From assembly GCA_964565125.1 (NCBI GenBank), contig CAZMCX010000005.1, forward strand, positions 2,392 through 21,738: DNA of 19,347 bases, written 5' to 3'. This document shows positions 7,832 to 14,408 of the stretch, in pieces (position 1 is the first letter of the stretch; each line of letters begins with the position of its first letter). The position numbers were made by a program, and so were the translations under genes. This DNA comes from an uncultured archaeon (GTDB lineage: Archaea; Iainarchaeota; Iainarchaeia; Iainarchaeales; 0-14-0-20-30-16). Under the pieces are notes generated by a model. The model did no database searches. It worked only from the letters and a program-made list of their open reading frames with translations, and had not been told where the DNA came from.

Positions 7832-9560
7832 CGCAATTGCCTCTTAAAACTTTATTATCTAAATATTCTTTATACAAATCATTTAAAATATTGCTTTCTT
7901 TGTTTTGAAGGATATTATAAACTTCTTTTATGATCTGATTTGAAGCTAATATACTGGGTATCACTACAAATTTTGCACCGAGATTATAGTATTCGGAGGC
8001 ATCTTTTAGGAAATGTGCTCGAACTAATAGCTTCACTTTTTTAGGATTAATTTGTTTTAATATTTCTTTGTTTATTTCAAGTTGTGGTATTGTTGTAATT
8101 ATTAGTTTTGCTTTGTCTAAGTCAAGATTTTTTAGGATTTCTTTATTGTCTGCATGGCCGCATATTGCATAAACTCCTAAATCTATGTATTGCAGAATAG
8201 GCTCCGGATCACTATCTACTATTACTAACTTATTTTTGTCTACTATTCTACTGGCCAACAGAGAATTAGCAATGTTTGTTCCCATTCTGCCTACACCAAA
8301 AATTACTATGTGGTCTTTGAAATCTAATTTTTTTTCTTGGTCAATAAAAGTTGATTTGATCTTGAACACTTTTCTAATTGCTTTTGAAATCTTGTCTATA
8401 AATAAAACCTTATTTGAAATCTCGTAAATTTGCTTGTTGTAATTAATAACATAAGGAGTTAAAATCATGGTTAAAGCAATAAAAAGAATCAAGGTATTAC
8501 TAATTGAGGTATTAAATATCCCTTGCACTGTTGCAGCCTGTACTAAAACTAGGCCAAAAATGTTTTGTTGGAATAAAGATGTGCTTACAAAGAAGGATGT
8601 GCCTGTATCATATTTGAAAAATAGGGCTGCAAGATATGTTGAAATTGGTTTTATTAGCAAAGTTACAATAAGAAGAATTACTATTAATACCCAATTTATA
8701 TTTCCCAAGCCAGTTATCTGCATTCCTAATAAAATAAAAAAAAACATACCGAAAAACATCCTAATTTCCTTGATTCTGTTCATGATTTCTAATTGGTATG
8801 GATAGTTTGCTAAGATTAAACCCCCAATAAATGCAGCAATTATCATAGAGAAATTTAAGACCGTGGATAATAAAATGAATCCAAAACAAGATGCGAGAAT
8901 TACTAAAAATAATAGGTCTTCGTTTGTGGCTGATTTTTTTATTACTGTTCTGAACACTAAAAAGTTAATTACTAATGCTACAGCAATTATTATTGCAAGC
9001 TTGTAGATAAGCTCGCAGATTATTGCAAAAGAAAACTGGCCTGTACTTGTTGTAAGAATTGGAAGAAAGACAATTATTATTGCATCTTGTAATAATAAAA
9101 TTCCAAGAAGGATCCTGCCTTTTAGGCTCGAAGTCATTTTCAAATCAGATAAACATTTCATTACTAACTCTGTACTGCTAATACAGAGAATAGCCCCAAT
9201 TATTAGGGATGGAAGAAGTTCAAGACCCATTGTTTTTGAAAGCAAAAAGGCACCCAAGAAACTTATTGCTATTTGGATAATTCCAATAATAATTATGTTG
9301 CTTTTTATTGCTTTTAATTTTTTAAAATCTAACTCTGCGCCAACAGTATAGATTAAAAGGGCAATACCGATTTCAGATAATGCAACTATTGTTGAATGGT
9401 TTGTAATTAAGTCAAAAACTGCTGGCCCCAAAAGAAAACCAACTAAAACAAAAGCAAGAATCATCGGTTGTTTTATCTTGTAGGACAGATATGCAAGAGA
9501 GGCAGCCAAAACTACAACTGCACTTAATTGCAAAAGTGTATCTACAATAATAGTATCCAT
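7824..9560 (-). CDS. CPA2-family monovalent cation/proton antiporter (Kef/CpaA-like) with C-terminal RCK-N (TrkA-N) domain
   Basis: 578 aa with about 12 hydrophobic helices, then a Rossmann motif HIVIFGVGRMGTNIANSL and a DSDPE acidic residue. Only about 40 aa follow the TrkA-N fold, so no RCK-C is visible. SD AGGAGAG lies upstream of ATG 9560. Confidence 0.85.
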   Translation of the reverse strand: MDTIIVDTLLQLSAVVVLAASLAYLSYKIKQPMILAFVLVGFLLGPAVFDLITNHSTIVALSEIGIALLIYTVGAELDFKKLKAIKSNIIIIGIIQIAISFLGAFLLSKTMGLELLPSLIIGAILCISSTELVMKCLSDLKMTSSLKGRILLGILLLQDAIIIVFLPILTTSTGQFSFAIICELIYKLAIIIAVALVINFLVFRTVIKKSATNEDLLFLVILASCFGFILLSTVLNFSMIIAAFIGGLILANYPYQLEIMNRIKEIRMFFGMFFFILLGMQITGLGNINWVLIVILLIVTLLIKPISTYLAALFFKYDTGTSFFVSTSLFQQNIFGLVLVQAATVQGIFNTSISNTLILFIALTMILTPYVINYNKQIYEISNKVLFIDKISKAIRKVFKIKSTFIDQEKKLDFKDHIVIFGVGRMGTNIANSLLASRIVDKNKLVIVDSDPEPILQYIDLGVYAICGHADNKEILKNLDLDKAKLIITTIPQLEINKEILKQINPKKVKLLVRAHFLKDASEYYNLGAKFVVIPSILASNQIIKEVYNILQNKESNILNDLYKEYLDNKVLRGNCDE

Positions 9561-9592
9561 GTTCTCTCCTATTTTATATGATTTATTTGTAT

Positions 9593-10675
9593 TTAATACT
9601 TATTATAAATTCTGTTTAGGGCTATTTCATTTAACCTATTTAATCTATCAATTATCATTTTTGTAATTTTAACAGGTATTGCTGCTTCTGAAGCCAAATC
9701 TTCTGGCTTAGTAATCATGATCTCAAATAGGTTGTCTCTAGTTTCAACAACCTTTTCGATAATTGTGGAAGATAACTTTGGAATCTTTGACAACGCCCTG
9801 TATCCTCTTGGTGAAATTATCTCGTTCTTTTCTGTTTCATTATAACCCAACAAAGTCAAGAGTTCCTCTTTGGACGGCACTTCTACAAGATTTACTAAGC
9901 TTTGAGTCATCTCTCCAAAGGTAATATCTCTTTTTTCTTTATGACAGTAATCGTAGATGATAAGTTCAAGTTCTCTATCAAGACCATCTGTATATTCTGA
10001 AAGCATGTCCTTTCTATCTTTTCCGTCTTTACCAAGCTCAGTAATGGCTTTTTCCGCATTCCGTTTTTGAACCAAAGTTCCAATTATTTTTTGGATTATA
10101 TTTGTAACATCAGTAAGACTTACATTGTTTGTAAATTCATAATAAGTTAATTCATTTAGAGCGACTTCGATCTGGGTTCTTGTATTGTAAAGACTTCTTA
10201 AATCTTGGTCAACACTAGCTAAAACAAATTGTACTGGTTTTAGTAAAAATTCCTGATCTTTAAAAAATAAGGTAATGTTTTTTCTCCTTTTTGAAATAGC
10301 AACTACTGGTAAGTTTGTTTGTATTGCAGTCTGCTCTGCAGATCTATGCCTGATTCCAGTCTGTTTTGAGGAAATATCTTTGTCTGGCATTAAGTGGGCA
10401 TTTGCATAGATTATTTGTTTTAAATCATTGCTTATTATAATTGCTCCATCCATCTTTGAAAGCTCGAATAAATTATTTGAAGTTAATGGGACATCTAAAC
10501 GGAATCCGCCCCTAATTATACATTCTAATATGAGGTTTCTGCCCACAACAATTAATGCCCCGGCATCTCCCTTTAAAATTTCATCTAATCCTGCCCTCAA
10601 GGGGGTTCCAGGTGCTATAAGGGGGATAATTTCATCTACATTTTTGTATTCTTGCATTTTCTTTTCTTCTGTCAT
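9593..10675 (-). CDS. disA: DisA-type diadenylate cyclase (DNA integrity scanning protein homologue)
   Basis: Collinear with bacterial DisA. Matches include APGTPLRAGLDEILKGDAGALIVVG, DAC motifs KMDGAIIIS and TGIRHRSAEQTA, VVAISKRRKNITLF, and the C-terminal PRGYRALSKIPKL. ATG 10675 is preceded by AGGTGAT plus 4 nt, and the track GTG at 10684 lies inside that SD. The longest ORF would be 9593-10684. Confidence 0.85.
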   Translation of the reverse strand: MTEEKKMQEYKNVDEIIPLIAPGTPLRAGLDEILKGDAGALIVVGRNLILECIIRGGFRLDVPLTSNNLFELSKMDGAIIISNDLKQIIYANAHLMPDKDISSKQTGIRHRSAEQTAIQTNLPVVAISKRRKNITLFFKDQEFLLKPVQFVLASVDQDLRSLYNTRTQIEVALNELTYYEFTNNVSLTDVTNIIQKIIGTLVQKRNAEKAITELGKDGKDRKDMLSEYTDGLDRELELIIYDYCHKEKRDITFGEMTQSLVNLVEVPSKEELLTLLGYNETEKNEIISPRGYRALSKIPKLSSTIIEKVVETRDNLFEIMITKPEDLASEAAIPVKITKMIIDRLNRLNEIALNRIYNKY

Positions 10676-10686
10676 TGGTATCACCT

Positions 10687-11532
10687 TTATTTCAGGTTGT
10701 CTAATGGACTTTTTACTTTTTTGAGCTCGTCTGTTGTAACCTTTGTATAGATTTGAGTTGTAGACAAATTAGAATGCCCCAAAAGTTCCTGAATTTTTCT
10801 AATATTTTCCCCAGCATCTAGTAAATGTGTTGCAAAAGAATGCCTTAAAGTATGAGGCGTTACTTTTGTATTAATCTTTGCGTTGTCTGCATAATTTTTT
10901 ATCATCTTTTGGATTGTGTCAGAACTATAATTTGTGCCATTTTTTTTGCAGAAAACATATTCTGAGTTCACTTTCTTGAAAAATTTGTTTGCAAATGCCT
11001 GATATTCTACAAGCCATCTTTTTGATACTATTACAATTCGATCTTTATTGCCTTTGCCACCTGTAATTCTAATGATTGCTTCATTAAAATCTATTGCGTT
11101 TTTCTTTAGGTTACATAGTTCTGAAACTCTTAGGCCTGAGCTATAAAGAAGTTCAACTATGAGCTTATCTTTTTTGTCAGAAATAACCCTAAAAAGCTTT
11201 TTTACTTCTTCTTTTGTTAATACTGTTGGCAGGTATTGTTCTTTTTTCGGGGTTTTGATGTCTGCCATAAGGTTTTGTTTTTTGTAGCCACTAAAGTAAT
11301 ACTTTAAACTAGCATGGATTGCATTAAGAGAGGTATTTCTTATTCCTGCATCTTTTTTGTGTGATAAATAAGAAGTAATATCCTCGGTTGTCACTAAATT
11401 AAGGTCTTTGTTTATGAATTTCAAGAAGTCGTTAAGGTATAGAAGGTACTGACTCTGCGTTTTATTGCTGTATCCGGAAATGTTTAGATGATTTTTGTAA
11501 TGTTCTATTTCTAAAGAATTATAAGAATCCAT
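10687..11532 (-). CDS. xerA: Tyrosine recombinase, XerA/XerC/XerD family
   Basis: 281 aa with an N-terminal SAM-like core-binding domain. Catalytic set: GLR(V)SE, GKGNKDR, HTLRHSFATH, LLGHSNLSTTQIYT (R-K-H-R-H-Y). The TAA stop is 2 nt from the longest disA ORF. Confidence 0.85.
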   Translation of the reverse strand: MDSYNSLEIEHYKNHLNISGYSNKTQSQYLLYLNDFLKFINKDLNLVTTEDITSYLSHKKDAGIRNTSLNAIHASLKYYFSGYKKQNLMADIKTPKKEQYLPTVLTKEEVKKLFRVISDKKDKLIVELLYSSGLRVSELCNLKKNAIDFNEAIIRITGGKGNKDRIVIVSKRWLVEYQAFANKFFKKVNSEYVFCKKNGTNYSSDTIQKMIKNYADNAKINTKVTPHTLRHSFATHLLDAGENIRKIQELLGHSNLSTTQIYTKVTTDELKKVKSPLDNLK

Positions 11533-11569
11533 GTATTATAGAGATATTTATAGTATATTAAGTTTTCCA

Positions 11570-11581
11570 AAATCGGCTTAA
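11570..11581. other. Half-site AAATCGGCTTAA: 11/12 copy of the left arm of the dif-like site at 12265-12276
   Basis: Direct-orientation copy 38-49 nt upstream of the xerA ATG, between two TATA-like AT blocks. No matching second arm follows it. Confidence 0.4.
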
Positions 11582-11612
11582 ACCCATAAATATATACATA
11601 ACCACTGAAATA

Positions 11613-12167
11613 TTACTTTTGAGATAACCAGTTATATATTCCTGTAACTCTTAGACGAATTTCTTCATATCCATACCTTTTTCTTTCTTCTTCGAATTTT
11701 ACATATGTTGCAAGCGCCTTTTTTAGTAAAACAACTTCTGATAATCCTTTTGATTTTACATTTAATCTGCTAAATATCCCAGTAAAAACACGATCAGTAA
11801 AAAGATCACGTAACTGGTTTGCATGGTAACGTTCTGCTTTGGGTATAGACCCCAAAGCTTTATCTTGGGCTTCTTTAGCATCCCTAAAATCGCGTTGAAA
11901 CTCAGCATCACGTCGTTCAAGAGCTGAGGCAGAATTAAACCATAAAAAGTGTATTAATTTTGATACATATTCCTTTTTCCTATTGAAAAGGTCCCTTTTT
12001 GTTAGTCTTCCTGCAAGCGCTCTTTGTCTTTCTAACCTTTCAGCAAGTTTTCTTGCTTTTTCTATTCTTTTTTGTTCGGCCTTATTTTTTGCAAATTCAA
12101 ATAAGGGTGTTCCTCATTCTCCTTTTTGAGCAACTCTTCTTTCAGTAGGTCTCTTAGGTACAGTCAT
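11613..12167 (-). pseudogene. Hypothetical basic/helical protein gene of atypical composition, with one in-frame TGA at codon 18 (pseudogene or recoded)
   Basis: I translated the whole - frame by hand. ATG 12167 has GTGAT 3 nt upstream, and the frame is open to TAA 11613 except for TGA at 12114-12116 (AQKGE-TGA-GTPLFEF). No ATG/GTG/TTG occurs in frame until the TTG at 11855, which the ORF track used. 7 of 23 Arg codons are CGN; CpG and G+C are enriched relative to neighbours. Confidence 0.55.
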
Positions 12168-12265
12168 GTAATCACTTATAAAAAATCGTCACCAATATTA
12201 ATATTCATTACTAAAGTCTACATAACAAATACCTTTTGCGGTAAAATGCGGGCAGAAAATACGTA

Positions 12266-12293
12266 AATCGGCATAATGTACCTTATGCCGATA
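12266..12293. other. dif-like Xer recombination site candidate (11-6-11 layout, perfect 10-bp arms)
   Basis: AATCGGCATAA-TGTACC-TTATGCCGATA. Arms ATCGGCATAA and TTATGCCGAT are exact reverse complements separated by 6 bp. The inner 17 nt GCATAATGTACCTTATG match E. coli dif GCATAATGTATATTATG at 15/17 positions. It lies in a 255-bp non-coding gap, 735 bp from xerA. Confidence 0.55.
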
Positions 12294-12380
12294 ATCTACG
12301 AAAGAAATGTGTGCGGGAATACAAAGCATACAGAAAAAGAACCATAAAACTAAAAAATGGCTTGTTTGGGGGGGTTATGT

Positions 12381-12408
12381 ATAAAAAACCACAAAATTAG
12401 TGGTGTTG
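12381..12408 (-). terminator. Weak hairpin plus T-run downstream of the 118/121-aa gene
   Basis: On the - strand: CCAC-taatttt-GTGG followed by TTTTTTAT, beginning about 15 nt after the TGA stop at 12423-12425. A G7 run (12368-12374) follows. Confidence 0.3.
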
Positions 12409-12422
12409 GATTAAGAGTAGTT

Positions 12423-12779
12423 TCATTTAATGACTCTAATTACCATATCCTTTTTGTACTCTTTCTGCACGAACTTATAATCCCCATAGTGTTCGTAAAT
12501 TATTAGTCTTGCGGGGTAGTCTTTTGCAGTAGTAGTTGGCTTAGTAAAAATTTGAAAATAAAATGTTTTTGATTCACCCGGGGCCATTTCCCCTATAGGC
12601 CGTTCTAGTTTGTTGTTCATCCCCGTGCTTTCAACAGCCAAATCCTTAGCAACCATAAAGGCCAAAGTCAAAAGCTTTTTCTCTTCATCTTTATTTTCTA
12701 AAATAAGTTTCAGTTCTTGTGGTTTTTTTGTTCCTAATTTTATATTAAATGGTATCAAAACACTTTTTATTGCTAACAT
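12423..12779 (-). CDS. Hypothetical small cytoplasmic protein (beta-rich; no family recognised)
   Basis: ORF with native AT-rich composition. ATG 12779 is preceded by GGGTGAT plus 4 nt, and the track GTG 12788 lies inside that SD. No signal peptide or TM helix. The PGESKTFYFQI-type strand pattern is reminiscent of small beta-sandwich domains. Confidence 0.65.
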   Translation of the reverse strand: MLAIKSVLIPFNIKLGTKKPQELKLILENKDEEKKLLTLAFMVAKDLAVESTGMNNKLERPIGEMAPGESKTFYFQIFTKPTTTAKDYPARLIIYEHYGDYKFVQKEYKKDMVIRVIK

Positions 12780-12855
12780 TAATATCACCCTTCACTTTGT
12801 AACTCTATAATATACACAGTAATGTAATATATATTCTTATCATATAAAATAGTTT

Positions 12856-13692
12856 ATGCTTAAAAAGTTTTTCATTTTTTCTAAAGAAGACTGCTTTAGT
12901 AATAATGTATTTAGTGAGTTAAAAAATGAACTCAATACCAAGTTAAAATTGGTTGAAAAGAATACAGAATATTCATTATTTTCTTTTAATGATTACACAA
13001 ACTTCATTTATTTTGACAAAATGCATCTAAATTTAGACTCTTCTAAATATGAAATCTTAAATCAAGAAAAATCAGTTTACTTTTTTATTTCTAAGCACAA
13101 ATCAAAGGCTGGACCTAGTTATTTTACAATTCACTTTACTGGCTGTTACTTAAAAGCAGATTTTGGTGGCAAAGATAACACCTTATCCCTTGCACTACCA
13201 GAACTTAAAGATCTTTTTTTGTGGGCAGATACTAAAGAAATAAAACATTTCGTGGAAGTTACACACCATGGTCCACTTTTTTTAAGACCACATTTATACA
13301 TCGAGGTAGGGCCTGATGAAGCAAGTTGGGCTAATCCGACTTTACTTAAAGCATATATTTCGTGGATAAAGCCCCTATTTACCAAGGAAATAGAATTACA
13401 GAATAAGCCCGGGGCGATTCTGATTGGCGGTTCACACTATTTTGATTTTGAAGAAATAAGAAAGATAGAAGAAAGGAGCAAAGCAAGTATAGGGCACATA
13501 ATTCCGAAATACATTTTAACTCAAATAGAAGACAACAATCTTCTGCAGAAAACAATCCTAGAAGCAATAACAAAAACTCTAAACTGCAAAAAAATTCTGA
13601 TAAATCGGGGTTATGTAGCAAAGTATTCAGACCTCTTAGCAGTAGTTTCAGAAATCAATAGCAACAAGCAGTATGAGGTAATGGTATTATAG
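12856..13692 (+). CDS. dtdA: D-aminoacyl-tRNA deacylase, archaeal DTD2 type
   Basis: 278 aa. DTD2 family motifs: HFTGCYLKADFGGKD, VEVTHHGP, YIEVGPDEASW, LIGGSHY, IGHIIPKY. These compare with Pyrococcus DTD2 motifs THVTGNWG, EATHHGP, IEIGSSEEEW, GGGHY, GHILPKY, recalled from memory. Confidence 0.85.
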   Translation: MLKKFFIFSKEDCFSNNVFSELKNELNTKLKLVEKNTEYSLFSFNDYTNFIYFDKMHLNLDSSKYEILNQEKSVYFFISKHKSKAGPSYFTIHFTGCYLKADFGGKDNTLSLALPELKDLFLWADTKEIKHFVEVTHHGPLFLRPHLYIEVGPDEASWANPTLLKAYISWIKPLFTKEIELQNKPGAILIGGSHYFDFEEIRKIEERSKASIGHIIPKYILTQIEDNNLLQKTILEAITKTLNCKKILINRGYVAKYSDLLAVVSEINSNKQYEVMVL

Positions 13693-13693
13693 G

Positions 13694-13804
13694 ATGTCAA
13701 AATCCGTCCAGATTTTCTTTGCGTTGGTTTTATTTGTCCTTTCTTTTGCTTGTTTTTATCTTAAGGTAAGAGTAACAGGCCCCCTTCCCCACTTGTTTTT
13801 ATAG
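13694..13804 (+). CDS. Mini-ORF copy B: 36-aa hydrophobic peptide MSKSVQIFFALVLFVLSFACFYLKVRVTGPLPHLFL
   Basis: ATG 1 nt after the dtdA TAG stop, with one predicted TM-like helix. Paralogous to 795-869 (shared ATAG(G)ATGTCAAA, GTTGGTTTnATTTGTC, TTTTTATCT). The last 6 nt overlap the convergent methyltransferase gene. Below the ORF-track length cutoff. Confidence 0.35.
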   Translation: MSKSVQIFFALVLFVLSFACFYLKVRVTGPLPHLFL

Positions 13805-14389
13805 TTTTTTTGCAAGTAAATAATCATCTTTGTAATTAATTTCATATTCTACTATATTCTTGCCGAGATCTTCCCGTATTATGTCCTTAAACCCATCTGT
13901 TGTCTCTTTTAGTATGTTATCTGCAAATAAGATCGCACCGCGATTTAGATTCTTATTAAAACCCTTGTAGTATAAGACATATTGGCTTTTGTTTGCATCC
14001 ATAAATAGGAAGTCTATTTTTTCTTTGTAAGGTTTTATTGCATTAAGGATATTGGCATTAGTTATTTTACAATACTTTGATAATCCGGCCTTATCTAAAT
14101 TAGATCTTGCTATACTACATTTTTCGTTCATAACCTCTATAGACTCAACAAAGCCCCCCACTTTCTTTGCAGCATCGGCTAAAAAAAGAGTACTATAGCC
14201 AATAGAAGTGCCAAGTTCTAATATCCTTTTTGGCTTTGATTGAATAATAAGATTATGTAAAAGAAGCCCCTTTTCAAAAGAAATTCTCCAAAGTTTTATT
14301 ACCTCTTTTTTTCCTTTGCTTTGAATGTAAAATCGTTCCCCTTTTTTCTCTATTTCTTTAAGCACTTGAACTGTTTTTTTGTCTAGCAA
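13799..14389 (-). CDS. Class I SAM-dependent O-methyltransferase (family 3, caffeoyl-CoA OMT / YrrM-like)
   Basis: SAM motif ILELGTSIGYSTLFLA. Also FVESIEVMNEK, IDFLFMDANKSQY and AILFADNIL. TTG 14389 is preceded by AGGTGA plus 4 nt, and the track GTG 14398 lies inside that SD. The longest ORF is 13799-14398. Confidence 0.8.
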   Translation of the reverse strand: MLDKKTVQVLKEIEKKGERFYIQSKGKKEVIKLWRISFEKGLLLHNLIIQSKPKRILELGTSIGYSTLFLADAAKKVGGFVESIEVMNEKCSIARSNLDKAGLSKYCKITNANILNAIKPYKEKIDFLFMDANKSQYVLYYKGFNKNLNRGAILFADNILKETTDGFKDIIREDLGKNIVEYEINYKDDYLLAKKL

Positions 14390-14408
14390 AGTATTCACCT
14401 GTTTGGCT

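Noticed and set aside
11613-11855. 80-aa track ORF starting at an internal TTG as a stand-alone gene
   Set aside because: The same frame stays open for another 86 codons upstream to the TGA, then 17 more to an SD-preceded ATG at 12167. The TTG has no SD and lies mid-helix in a continuous protein-like sequence.
12114-12116. Selenocysteine or programmed frameshift at the in-frame TGA
   Set aside because: No canonical X-XXY-YYZ slippery heptamer lies upstream, and both alternative frames close within about 20 codons. I see no Sec machinery or obvious SECIS-like element in the window. A CGA/TGG-to-TGA nonsense mutation is simpler. This cannot be fully excluded without searches.
12269-12290. The dif-like palindrome interpreted simply as a transcription terminator hairpin for the 12423-12779 gene
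   Set aside because: Not fully rejected. It lies about 135 nt beyond the stop, after another hairpin/T-run at 12381-12408. It is not followed by a strong T-tract on the - strand. Its arm-6-arm geometry and match to the dif core, next to a Xer recombinase gene, are better explained as a recombination site.
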